Source of the DNA: Trichoplax sp. H2
Lineage: Eukaryota
Length of the DNA stretch: 64,000 nt
Direction of reading: 5' to 3'
NCBI GenBank assembly: GCA_003344405.1
Contig: NOWV01000115.1
Coordinates: forward strand, 62,001-126,000
Shown here: in pieces, positions 42,751-55,088 of the stretch
Numbering within the stretch: the stretch's first letter is position 1
Layout of the letters: every line of letters begins with the position of its first letter
Notes under the pieces: model-generated
The model's database searches: none
The model's input: the letters and a program-made list of their open reading frames with translations, nothing else
Told to the model about the DNA's origin: nothing
Position numbers and translations under genes: made by a program

Positions 42751-43174
42751 ACTGTTATTACTACCATTACTCTTATTACTGTTATTATGTCATGTTAAAA
42801 CATCCTCACAAAATTCTCAATAGCTACATACAGTATTAATTAGTGCGGAAACCGATTTCGAAAATTTATTAAATTTAAATCATGCTTACATTCACTTTAA
42901 GACGCTTTAGCGGGGTTAAAGGTAACGTTTATTATTAGAGTTATAATAAATAATATTTAAATTAATGCAGTAAGTGTTTAACATCTAGTAAGTACCACAA
43001 TGCATTCTTAACATTACTTCTTAAGATAACTACTATAGCTGATTGCTTCAACTTTGTATTTGTAATGACCAAGTAATAGTCTTTACTATTACAATGTCTA
43101 AACCAAAGATGAAAATATTGTAAGATCATAACAATTTTTGTACTATCTAATGAAGATATCGCATTAATTAGCCT

Positions 43175-43360
43175 TTATTTGCATACTGCTCTAATTATAA
43201 AATTTGAAAATGCCTTGTTGTCTGTCAATAATGAATAGAAGCTTGATGAATCAATGCGTAATATACTGATTATGTTATGGCTGTTAAGTGCTACAGCCGA
43301 AATAAATATTGGTGCGGAAATGATATAAAAGTTTACGTCAGTGCATAATTTTATGATCAT
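43175..43360 (-). pseudogene. Possible decayed TM1-TM2 fragment of an array GPCR
   Basis: SSSFYSLLTDNKAFSNFIIRAV resembles KSSYYALTNLAVSNLMLAI of the neighbouring GPCR, on the same strand and in the largest gap of the array. No downstream TM motifs could be recovered. Confidence 0.25.
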
Positions 43361-44557
43361 TAAATAAATAAATTGAAATGCATTACTAAGTTAGCTTGCT
43401 GCTTGCTATGGACTAATTTTTAAGAATCTGCCGTGTTCATCTCATGTTTTTAAATATTACATATCATAATAATCTGGTTCTATAACGATAAATAGCAAAT
43501 GAAGTCGAGTGATTTGACTTGATGACACTTGGTAGTTGATATTCTGAAAGCTAATGAAACCAATAAATATTCTTTGCGCAGCCAGGAATCTTATCATTGT
43601 TTAAAAGACTACAATCGCCGTTAATTATAAGAACGATATCGCTAAAATGTACGAGAAACTAAATAATATTTTTGTGAATATATCCATTAGAATAGGAACA
43701 CAGAAAATTGAAAGCGATCGGACTAGCTGCTATGAATGTCAGACGCTCAATAGATTCTCACATCAAACAGTAGCTTAAAATCCGAAAATTTATAATACGA
43801 TAGCGACTTCTTATGAACATTAATTCAACTGAAAAATTTATCTTAAAACTTATAGAATAGAGTGGATTTAGATATGCATTACTAACAATTTTCTTGCTTT
43901 CATTTCCTTCGTGGTAACTAGCTAGACACGATAACCTATAAATAACAAATTAAGTATACCTATCAACTGCACTAAATGCTAATTAAAAAATTAGAACACT
44001 TTAAATGTACCAATGTTATTCAGATCATTAGCACGAACAATGATTTACTATTTGTTCGCAAACCCTTTCACCATGAATTTATGAATATAGTTCATGTTGT
44101 TGTAATAATTCTATAATTACAAACTCATTTCACTTAACTAGCAATCTTTAGTAAATGTGGTATCAACCTAATTAAATTACTGCCGTCATCACTAATTTCG
44201 ATTCTGAAGGGCAAAATTAAATCAAGAGCAAAGCAAGCCTTTTAAATTAATTTTTATCCAGGAATTCGGTCAAGCGCTTTATAAGAAAACAATAAAAGTT
44301 TTTATTAAGACAATGATTTACTATGTGACGTTAAAATTGGATTACTTTGAGCACAATAGCATTTTTTAATGTTGTACTCTATTATTAGGCTTTAGTATTT
44401 TAGTTTGTACTTCTAAATACGATATACTGTACTCTTAGTAAAATTAATTTCCACTATACTATTGTAAAGCTCCATGTATGTATAATCTACATTTAACATT
44501 TTCCACGGCGGAAATCTCGTTATACGGTACTCAAATCTGATTGTATTGTAGAACTAA

Positions 44558-46140
44558 CCTAAAATATATATAAGATACTCTTATTACTAAATGAACTTAA
44601 AAAATAAATTCCTTGTGTACTTCCTATATTATAAAAGCTATCTTCGTGCACCTATCTCGTTATTTAGTTCTGCTATTTACACGGTAAGATTGTGCGCTTT
44701 ATCACTTCTACATTACTTTAGCTATTCAGCTTAGTCGCATCATCATATACGCTAAAAATTTTATACGATTTTCCTTCTCGCACTGAATGCAATAAAGATT
44801 AGTGTTAAACTAAATTATTCTCTTACAATTTCTTACAATTATGACAGACACAATCTCTTGAAACATCACAAATACGATTCGAAACATTTACAGTCGTCGA
44901 CTATTTGAACTATCCCTTAAGTAATTAATTCAGTCATTGTTACTCGGTCCTAAATATAAAATAATAATTAAAATTTAATGAATTTACGGTGGTTTTCGAA
45001 ATAACATAACGTACATTTAGGATAAAAAGGGTACTATTTACTAATTCCAGCTAAATTAATCTCTTTCTTAGTGTAACATAGTATTAACTTTCAATTCGTA
45101 GATAGGTGCATTAAGCTAAAACAGCAAATTTAAGTCATTTATTTTTAATTAATGTTAATTTATGCCTTTATGTATACATATTTACGGTTGAAAATCATGG
45201 CTTAATCTTTTGTTAAGGGTTTGTAATTTGTGCTCGAATCAAAGTTTAACCATGACTTCAATAAAGATCATACACGCTAGAACACCAATATACATAGATA
45301 TATCGTTAGATATCGCTTCAAAATTTCAATGTTTGTCGATATTATGTTTTTTTTCTTTGGCCTTATTAATGCAAATAGTTAGCTCTTGTTACGGTGCAAC
45401 TTCAATACACCTGTCGTANNNNNNNNNNNNNNNNNNNNCCTAAAATATATATAAGATACTCTTATTACTAAATGAACTTAAAAAATAAATTCCTTGTGTA
45501 CTTCCTATATTATAAAAGCTATCTTCGTGCACCTATCTCGTTATTTAGTTCTGCTATTTACACGGTAAGATTGTGCGCTTTATCACTTCTACATTACTTT
45601 AGCTATTCAGCTTAGTCGCATCATCATATACGCTAAAAATTTTATACGGTTTTCCTTCTCGCACTAAATGCAATAAAGATTAGTGTTAAACTAAATTATT
45701 CTCTTACAATTTCTTACAATTATGACAGACACAATCTCTTGAAACATCACAAATACGATTCGAAACATTTACAGTCGTCGACTATTTGAACTATCCCTTA
45801 AGTAATTAATTCAGTCATTGTTACTCGGTCCTAAATATAAAATAATAATTAAAATTGAATGAATTTACGGTGGATTTCGAAATAACATAACGTACATTTA
45901 GGATAAAAAGGGTACTATTTACTAATTCCAGCTAAATTAATCTCTTTTTTAGTGTAACATAGTATTAACTTTCAACTCGTAGATAAAGATCATACACGCT
46001 AGAACACAAATATACATAGATATATCGTTAGATATCGCTTCAAAATTTCAATGTTTGTCGATATTATGTTTTTTTTCTTTGGCCTTATTAATGCAAATAG
46101 TTAGCTCTTGTTACGGTGCAACTTCAATACACCTGTCGTA
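44558..46140. other. Two haplotypes (44558-45418 and 45439-46140) scaffolded in tandem around a 20-N gap
   Basis: Near-identical copies differing by a few SNPs and a 159-bp indel (45105-45263) bounded by ATA microhomology. Confidence 0.8.
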
Positions 46141-46576
46141 ACATATTCTTTATAAGAGAATTTATCTAGGATTGTGTTAATATTAATTTTCTCTATGAAA
46201 TTTTACCTATTTTTAATAGATAACTACATAATAGTGTAATATTATCTACGAACTGATAATAATTAATACTCGTTTTTATTTTCTATAAATTGGCTGATTT
46301 TTCAATAGTTTAATTTTCTGTAGTATTTAGCAGTTTCTAGTTGCAAATCTAAATTGGAGCAATCCTGTGTAGGGAATTATTCATATACTATTTAATTAGG
46401 CTATATTAAGGGTAACTTTAAAACCTACCAAGAGTAATATAGAGGAATGCCAAATTTCTCTAGATAGAAATTAATTACTGTATTGAAACTGTTTGATCGA
46501 TCGTTTGTTTATAATGTTACCTCGGGCTAGTAATAATTTTACAATCTATCATTTACAACTAAGCCAAGAGGCCTAT

Positions 46577-47671
46577 AGTGATATATACCGATCACAAGAT
46601 TCCAAATTTTAGAAAAATCTGGGCTTTATTGAATCTTATACAAAGATTAACTGCACACAGCTCTACTCTAGCCGAATGCTATTACTGAAGACTTCTAAAA
46701 CGAACTAACAGAATAATCTAAAGTTGTATGCTTTTATACTTTTCGTAGCATTCGCAGCTACAATCTGCATGGCAACCTTTTACCTTATTTTACACGTAGT
46801 AAAATTATTCTTAGTAAGACTATTCTACTGCGGACCATCATTAATCCGATATGGATACGACTACAATATTTATGTAGACATTATTCACACCAGCCAAAGT
46901 ACAGTACAATGAATTAAACATGTCCTAATATATGATTTACAGTTCTATTTTTACCTATAACCTTATTAGTAACTCAACACCTTACTGTATATAGTCATCT
47001 GTACTCTAGCATAGAGTCTCTACCACTACAGTCTATAGTTACAGCTACCAAATATCTCTTATGATAAATATCTACCGTACATTATACTACACATGGCTAA
47101 CAGTCTACAATCACAATACTAAGTTACATTACACTTATATACTAAATTAAGAAAGGGAGCCGTCTAGGTGAAAACGAAAATTTTAGATTCTAATANNNNN
47201 NNNNNNNNNNNNNNNGGGCTTTATTGAATCTTATACAAAGATTAACTGCACACAGCTCTACTCTAGCCGAATACTACTACTAAAGACTTCTACAACGAAC
47301 TAACAGAATAATCTAAAGTTGTATGCTTTTATACTTTTCGTAGCATTCGCAGCAACAATCCGCATGGCAACCTTTTACCTTATTTTACACGTATTAAAAT
47401 TATTCTTAGTAAGACTATTCTACTACGGACCATTATTAATCCGATATGGATACGACTACAGTATTTATGTAGATTTACAGTTCTATTTTTACCTATAACC
47501 TTATTAGTAACTCAACACCTTACTGTATATAGTCATCTGTACTCTAGCATAGAGTCTCTACCACTACAGTCTATAGTTACAGCTACCAAATATCTCTTAG
47601 GATAAATATCTACCGTACATTATACTACACATGGCTAACAGTCTACAATCACAATACTAAGTTACATTACA
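46577..47671 (-). mobile_element. Family A solo LTR represented twice as haplotypes (46577-47133 and 47216-47671)
   Basis: AGTGA (mutated TGTGA)...TTACA; left flank CCTAT, right flank CTTAT in haplotype 1 and CCTAT in haplotype 2; same downstream flank in both; the second copy lacks 57 bp. Confidence 0.85.
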
Positions 47672-47861
47672 CCTATATACTAAATTAAGAAAGGGAGCCG
47701 TCTAGGTGAAAACGAAAATTTTAGATTCTAATATAAAGCTGCTACGCAATCGAATAATAAATCCACTTTGAAAATCTGAACAATAATTGTTTTTCAGTTA
47801 CAAGTTAATTCTCTAACAAGGAACAATTTTTCAAGAGGAAAACAGTTCTCTCGATGATCAA

Positions 47862-48896
47862 TTAAGCCATCAAAGTAACCGATATCTTCGATGTTGATAA
47901 ACTGCCACAGCGCCTGCAAGCAGACCAATAATGTTGTAGTGGATACTGGAACTTAGATAACCTGACGATGTAAAGAATTGGACTTTGAAGCCCTGTAGTA
48001 ATAAGGGCTGCATATTGAATGCAAAATGAATAGCCTATTAGATATTTATTCCAATTTAAAGTGTATCCAATCGCTGAGATATAGAAAGTTAACAACCACA
48101 GTAAGCAGCAGAATAATTGCAAGAAAGCCAATTCACGTATTAACGCTATTGTTAATTGTAATCGCCGTCTGACGGCAATACAACTCCACATGGCGGTGGA
48201 TGTGGTAACATAGTTCTGAAACGGTAAAACAGAATTTTTACTTCGTTCATGAAGTTTTAATTTCTTGGCAATTATGAAATGGCTGATAAACGTGACACTA
48301 AATGGAATAAAAATATTAAGTGTAGCAAAGATTAGCATTACAGTGCGGATCAGTGTAACTTTGGTAAAATAAGTGCAGATTGTTAAAATAGAACTTCCAT
48401 CAATAACCAAAATAGAACGTGGCCACTGTTGTAAAATCCCTATTATCCAAGGTATTAAAAAAATGGAAATGGCTTTACAACGATTTTGCCGACGACCAAA
48501 TATTAGTGTTCTCTTTAAATACCGATAGTTTTCAACTGAAATAATGGCCAAAGTAATATTTCCCGCTATTACTGCAACTAAAGACAACGGTAGTAGAAAA
48601 CCACATAAAACACTTGTCAATGATTTGGAATGGTGTGATTCAGAATTATAAGTCCATAAAATACAAATCGGTGGAATGATATAAAAGACAGCCACAACTA
48701 GATTAGCTATAGCCAAATTGCATAATCCGTAATGCGTTGACGATCTCATATCCTTGTTATAGTAAATAATAATTAAGATATAGGAATTTGCTATTACACT
48801 CATAAGACTTAAAATAGCGCCAACAGTCACCGTAATTTGTACGGTAATAATAGCCATTGGTAATTCGCCGGCGTAGGTGAAATTAGTAAAATTCAT
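47862..48896 (-). CDS. Intronless orphan class A GPCR, array member 3, 344 aa
   Basis: 7 TM segments; YGLCNLAIANLV, LCGFLLPL, ISVENY, WIIGILQQWPRS, NIFIPF, SPILY, SKFQYPL. Confidence 0.92.
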   Translation of the reverse strand: MNFTNFTYAGELPMAIITVQITVTVGAILSLMSVIANSYILIIIYYNKDMRSSTHYGLCNLAIANLVVAVFYIIPPICILWTYNSESHHSKSLTSVLCGFLLPLSLVAVIAGNITLAIISVENYRYLKRTLIFGRRQNRCKAISIFLIPWIIGILQQWPRSILVIDGSSILTICTYFTKVTLIRTVMLIFATLNIFIPFSVTFISHFIIAKKLKLHERSKNSVLPFQNYVTTSTAMWSCIAVRRRLQLTIALIRELAFLQLFCCLLWLLTFYISAIGYTLNWNKYLIGYSFCIQYAALITTGLQSPILYIVRLSKFQYPLQHYWSACRRCGSLSTSKISVTLMA

Positions 48897-49530
48897 TATT
48901 TACGATTCACCTGTCTTTGAACAAATTCAACCCTAAAAAATTTATCTGTCTGGTGTAGAATAAATTAATGTTATGAATATATAAGATTAATAACAATATC
49001 AATTCGACTTCCATGGTAACTAGCTACGTTAAAGTAAATCATTCCATTCTACAAGTCCGGATATAAAACTGACTGAACGATGTCGTCAACATGGAAAAGG
49101 AAAGACATTGTTTTATTTATCAATGATGGCATTTAAGTTAGGATGAATCACATGAATAATTCTATTCAATTCCTGCTGAAAATAATGGATTAAATGTTTA
49201 TTAATATGTTGTAAATTATCACTTGGTTAGCTTTATGAATAGTAACTTATGACCTCTAACTGAAAGATGAGCATTGGCTATCGGCTCATTTATTTTCCTA
49301 TTCATAATGCATAATTTTTAGGTGTTTTAATTTTCTTTCTTCGATTATGTCTAATACTTGGTTTTATTACAAACATTCCTATTTAATTCATCAACGTAAT
49401 GAAAACTTAATAAGCCCTCGAATCTTTTGGGAATAATCCAAATTGAAATATACAAGGGAATGTAAACTTTCGATACCATCAACATTAAGATAAATTATTT
49501 TATTTCATTAATCAAATCAGAGTATATCAT

Positions 49531-50305
49531 TGTCACGGTACGAACTACCGTGAAGAAATAGCTATCTAAACTTGGTAAATATAATATAGTGATAATATAT
49601 TAAAACTAGTTACTTACAATAGGAATTACTCTAATTATAAATGTGTTACAGTAAATATAATGCTGTGCTGTAATGTGCACTGAAATGATTCTGTGAATGG
49701 ACATATTGTAGTCCGACTGTGAAAAATTAGTTAGTAGATGTTCTTACCAAAGTATTTTTATAAGATGACTCATGAATGTNNNNNNNNNNNNNNNNNNNNA
49801 ACATTCCTATTTAATTCATCAACGTAATGAAAACTTAATAAGCCCTCGAATCTTTTGGGAATAATCCAAATTGAAATATACAAGGGAATGTAAACTTTCG
49901 ATACCATCAACATTAAGATAAATTATTTTATTTCATTAATCAAATCAGAGTATATCATTGTCACGGTACGAACTACCGTGAAGAAATAGCTATCTAAACT
50001 TGGTAAATATAATATAGTGATAATATATTAAAACTAGTTACTTACAATAGTCCGACTGTGAAAAATTAGTTAGTAGATGTTCTTACCAAAGTATTTTTAT
50101 AAGATGACTCATGAATGTTAGCTGCTGTAGAAGGGTATATAAGCCCGTCAGATAGTAGAATAAAGTAGTTCTCAATTGTCTAGTTGAGTTTAACGTAGAA
50201 TCAAAGGCGTCTAAAATCTTGTGAGTAGGGATACTGAATCCGCAGATTTTTAGAGATTTAGATATTTATTTTATGTTATCCTTGTCACGAAGCTGGTTTG
50301 TGACA
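49531..50305 (+). mobile_element. Family B solo LTR represented as two haplotypes (49531-49779 up to the gap; 49959-50305)
   Basis: TGTCACGG...TTTGTGACA; flanks ATCAT/ATTAT; near-identical to 56699-57140; haplotype 2 lacks 89 bp at a TAG microhomology. Confidence 0.88.
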
Positions 50306-50794
50306 ATTATTCAATTATAGGCTTTCTGTGTAGACACAGGTATTATAAATTAGATACAGAAAGTGTTAATTGAAAAGATATAATTTGAATTAAATCCAAT
50401 TTTATTAAAAATTTTTAAGCAATTAAGCAGAAATGGAACTTTTTAGGCATTCAAGCATACAAGCAGGTTATTGATCTTCAAAAAATTCAAATCATTAGAG
50501 AGTAAATTTGAGATGATTCATAAGTGAAAAAAATTATATCATAATTTCCGAAGAAACTAGGTAATTCTCTATGATAAACCAGAATCGCCGTAGTATTCAA
50601 CTTTGATTGATTACAACTTAGACGCTATAAAAATTTTACGTTAACTGATTTCAGTCATCTTGAAGAAGTTAAGAAGTACCAAATTCATAATTATGAGTTA
50701 ACGTCCAACGCTTTATATTTGTAATATTATTTAATTATGAACTACCATCCTATGCCGTATATTTATAATATCAAAAAGAAAGTAATATTTTGAG

Positions 50795-51647
50795 TGTTAC
50801 AAAATAGCTATGCAACAAGATAACGTAATGTACGATCAATAAGTCGATTCCCTGACTAAGTATCAGGGTGGAATATCTACTTTATCAGGAACACTTTTTT
50901 GATACTAGTAGAATACGCAAAGGCTCAGATGTCTCGTATTTTACGTTAAACACCAATCTCAGGAATTCTCTTTATTATACGATATATCGCATTTATAGAC
51001 TCTTTTATAGTAGTTTGGGCATCCTAGTTCGTAATATTAACGTTGAAATTTTCTAATGAATCAAAAGTTGATTTTATCTACTGCTATTTAATGAAGACAA
51101 CATTACTTAAGAATATAGCTATCTAATAACTAATACAAAATAGTCTGATTACAATATGCCTGTCACAAAACAGCTTTGCAACAAGATAACGCAATATACG
51201 ATCAATAAGTCAATTCCTTGAACCACGTATCAAGGAACGATATCTGCACTATCACAAACACTTTTGCTCTACTAGCAGACTANNNNNNNNNNNNNNNNNN
51301 NNCACCAATCTCAGGAATTCTCTTTATTATACGATATATCGCATTTATAGACTCTTTTATAGTAGTTTGGGCATCCTAGTTCGTAATATTAACGTTGAAA
51401 TTTTCTAATGAATCAAAAGTTGATTTTATCTACTGCTATTTAATGAAGACAACATTACTTAAGAATATAGCTATCTAATAACTAATACAAAATACTCTGA
51501 TTACAATATGCCCTATCACAGAACATTTCCATAATAATCTACAATCTACTGTGAGTAAGTTACAATCACAGTGATTTGAATTGTAAGAAGATCATTTTCG
51601 ATTCCCTAAATTTAACTACTAATTGCAGTATGCTGTATGTATAGTAT
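50795..51647 (-). mobile_element. Older diverged family D copy carrying a young D copy (51161 to gap) in one haplotype
   Basis: TGTTACAAAATAGC start, colinear with 6913-7410 but diverged. 50951-51160 recurs at 51303-51512; the first is followed by TGTCACAAAACAGC and the second continues with the host element. Confidence 0.8.
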
Positions 51648-52330
51648 TGTCACACACCACTAGTGACAAAGTAGTCTACACACGCCAATCCTTGCGGAGA
51701 ACGCCACTTACTAACTTAAAGAGGCGAGATTAGCTATATCTCCAAATAATTCAGTTCCAACGACCGAATACTATGGTATAATTATAGCATCACAGATGAT
51801 GTAGACGAGATAGTCAGAGATTTACTATCATTTATTACTGAAGGAATCTTAAATAACATAACCAACCCTCCCACCCTTAAAAACTCCCGATTTTTATACT
51901 TTCTTTCCGATGGATTGCACGATAGATTATCTATACACAATCTAAGACTTCATAAAATTCTCAGAAGCCTTTAATTACACATACACACTGGATCTCTAGA
52001 AAGTATAGCACATTGCACCTTTAATTAATGCTTATAAAGATTCCTACGCCCGTATTTGGCGTTGTACACTAGACAATGGGATCAGCTGATATACCATATC
52101 ATATGTTCAGTATATTAGTTTAGATCATTGACTCGGCTTCTATACCTATATGCTACGTAAACTACACTAGATCATCTATTGTACGTACACTACGCTAGAC
52201 CATGGACTTGGCTGCTATTTTGTATAATTCAGTGTGCAGTTCTGCATCGTACGAACATTAGGCTAGACCTCCTGATCTACACAAAGTACAGTACTATTAG
52301 CACTTTGAAAGATTGGCGTTATACAGCGTA
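51648..52330 (-). mobile_element. Probable further LTR-like element truncating the old D copy; right end uncertain
   Basis: Starts TGTCACAC where D similarity stops; reverse-strand AATAAA (~51831) and TATA (~51892); no TSD found. Confidence 0.4.
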
Positions 52331-52349
52331 TTACTCTCCTTTTATAGCT

Positions 52350-52765
52350 AATAATCCAAATTGAAATTATTTGTGCAAATATACTATGAAGGGCAAATTC
52401 TCGATATTCACATAAATTATTTTATTTCATTAATCAATCAGAATTGATCATTTGATGAAGGCTTATTATAGATATACGTATTATTAATTATTACGCTTTA
52501 AGCATAGAAAGTGATATTTGCTAATGGAAATGCTATTAATAAAATTAAATCGCATATTGTAGGCAGTTTTGAAGTCATTCAATAGAAAAAATGAAACGTT
52601 TTGAATGTTTAATTGTAGAAGCAGGTTATTTAATTTCGATAGCTCAAATTGTTAGAGGGTAAATTTGAGATAATTCGTAAGTCAAGACAACCAAATCAGA
52701 ATTGAAGAAAATTAAATCAAAAATTCTGGAGAAACTAGATAATTTTTTGCGATAGACTAGAATTC
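52350..52765. repeat. Old local duplication, paralogous to 49433-49530 plus 50306-50585, i.e. without the family B insertion
   Basis: Shared AATAATCCAAATTGAAAT, TAAATTATTTTATTTCATTAATCAA, AAGCAGGTTATT, TTAGAG.GTAAATTTGAGAT, GAAACTAG.TAATT. Confidence 0.75.
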
Positions 52766-54041
52766 CCAAAATTTTCCATCACGGGTGAATGTAAAAATAT
52801 TTAAAAGATTGAGTTTAATAGTATTAACAGGAGTAACTGGAAGATATTACCTTGGATATTTTTTATTAATATTAATTAAAGAAATTTTCGGATACGCTTT
52901 GAATCCTTTCGCTCAAGTTTTTTAATTATTCAACTCAGTTGATTAAATATTACGCAAATCAATGTTTTTTCGTCCTAGCGATCAGGATTATATTATGGTA
53001 ATTAATAATTGTATGCAATTATTTTCAAGAATAAAAGCAATACCTTCAATAGATTTTGTTAGCATTTCATTCTTTTATTGACGTATATAGCCTTATTTGA
53101 ATTTAATATTTACGTAGTGATTAAGAAGAACAACCTTCTCATCTACAAAGAAACTAATTACTATAAAGGCACGGTAACGGACGCATATAAATTCTTCGAT
53201 TCAAATGAGATGAGGTTACATTGGCTTGCAATTTCAAATTTGTTATAAATAGGAGTCATATTGCAAGATTTCCTAACCGATAAATAACACAAATAGAATA
53301 CTAATTTGCTCCTTTCTTCTAAATAAATAAAATCATAATGAAAAATTTTATTTAATTGTTACTAATATGTCTTCACAGATAGACTTTGATACAGATAAAT
53401 TACTGGGTGAATACTTCGCTATTTTACATCAATGCTTATACAGCTCACTATCGAATAAATGGCATTAGGATGAATTTAACATTAAATCATCCAATTTAAA
53501 TAAAACATCATGCAAATAGATAACAAGCTCAAAATTAGCGGTTTCTATGTAAAATTTTATGATTTATACAGTTAAGCATGTTTCTAGAGTTAAAACTTAC
53601 CAAAAGCAAATTATTCCATTTTAACATACGCGCTCTTTGAATTCATAAGTTCACAAGCTAGAATACATACTGAACTGCATTACAATTTCATATCCTAACC
53701 CTAACCCTAGCTATTAAACACACATTTAAATTTTTACTGTTATTAACTTTGATAATATACAGTAGGTAAAATTGCAAATTTAAAATTCATCAAAATGTAT
53801 TTAAGTTGCAAAAATTGCTGTAATCAATCGTTGATTTGTATTTTCAAGAGCAAATATTGTAGTAGTCGAAAGGTACAGTATTTAAAGATAAAAATTGATT
53901 ATAATTTATGAAGGTAATATTTTATTATTCGCATTTAAAATAGTCAGAATTTACAGGATAGACATACAGGTGCGGTAGTGATTGACTTGAAGACTTTGAA
54001 TTAAATAAAATCTGGCAGAAGTAATCTACACAAGGTATATT

Positions 54042-55088
54042 TCAATGGCCTTGTATTGCTGAGCAGAAAGATTGAATAGGTTTTCTGAATTTTTTCAGCC
54101 ATAATATATAAGCTATAGGACTAGGCAAACCAGTAGCTACAACAGTAACTTGTTGTATATTAAATGCAATTCCTACAAGATAAAAATTTATTTTATAAGC
54201 ATAACCGAAATTAGATAAATAATTTGCTAATAGCCATAAAAAACAAAAAAAAAATTGCCAATAGGTCAGCTTTCGCAGCATTCTAGCCGCTAGTCTGACC
54301 GATTTACTGGAGTAGCTTTTAAATTGATGCGGTTGGATTCGGTTCATTCTTGATGCCGCTTCAAAAACAAAAATAAGGCGATGACGATGATATTTTAAAC
54401 TATTTGCGATTTTATAGTGGCAAACCAGCATAATAATGAAAGGGATAATAATATTAGCTGTAGATATTGTAAGCTTAATAGACATCTGAAATTGAGGATT
54501 AGGAAAAAACCGGCAAAATCTGGCGGCCGATCTGTTTCGGAGTACAAGAATCGTGCGCGGCCATTGCTCAAGTAATCCTATCACCCATATACCGATTATG
54601 ATTAAAATAGTTGTCCGAAGATTTATACTTGTACGTCGAGTTGAATTGGACTTGTAAACTAGCGTACGATACTTATCTATTGCAATAAAAGCTAATGTAC
54701 AGTTAACTACCATAACGGCTGTAACTGCTAAGGGTCGGATAAAGCCACAGATGATTTGAATTAATGTCTTGGAATTCAGTTTCCCTGGTATACCAGATAA
54801 AAAAGTGACAAGTAGCGGAATAGGATACAAGACAGCCACCATTATATTTGCGATTGCTAAATTGGCTAAAGCATAATAAGATGGTTTTCTTAAATTCTTA
54901 TTTATATAGATAACATATAAAATGTACGTATTAGCTAGTAGACTAATACAACTGGTAAGTATGTTGAAAATTATGGTGAACTGAAGAGTAATTAACGGCA
55001 ATGCAAAGATATCATGCAGTGGCAAAGACGAATTTGATGTATTTCTTAAAATCTTTTCTGCCATTTTAATACAATATTCATAAATCAT
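54042..55088 (-). CDS. Intronless orphan class A GPCR, array member 4
   Basis: 7 TM segments; YALANLAIANIM, ICGFIRPL, IAIDKY, WVIGLLEQWPRT, NIIIPF, SPIAY, KKFRKPI. ATG at 55088 or 55064; the track start at 55097 is TTG. Confidence 0.92.
   Translation of the reverse strand: MIYEYCIKMAEKILRNTSNSSLPLHDIFALPLITLQFTIIFNILTSCISLLANTYILYVIYINKNLRKPSYYALANLAIANIMVAVLYPIPLLVTFLSGIPGKLNSKTLIQIICGFIRPLAVTAVMVVNCTLAFIAIDKYRTLVYKSNSTRRTSINLRTTILIIIGIWVIGLLEQWPRTILVLRNRSAARFCRFFPNPQFQMSIKLTISTANIIIPFIIMLVCHYKIANSLKYHRHRLIFVFEAASRMNRIQPHQFKSYSSKSVRLAARMLRKLTYWQFFFCFLWLLANYLSNFGYAYKINFYLVGIAFNIQQVTVVATGLPSPIAYILWLKKFRKPIQSFCSAIQGH

Noticed and set aside
53693-53709. TAACCC telomere-like motif as an interstitial telomere
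   Set aside because: Only about two units, embedded in a longer dispersed repeat.
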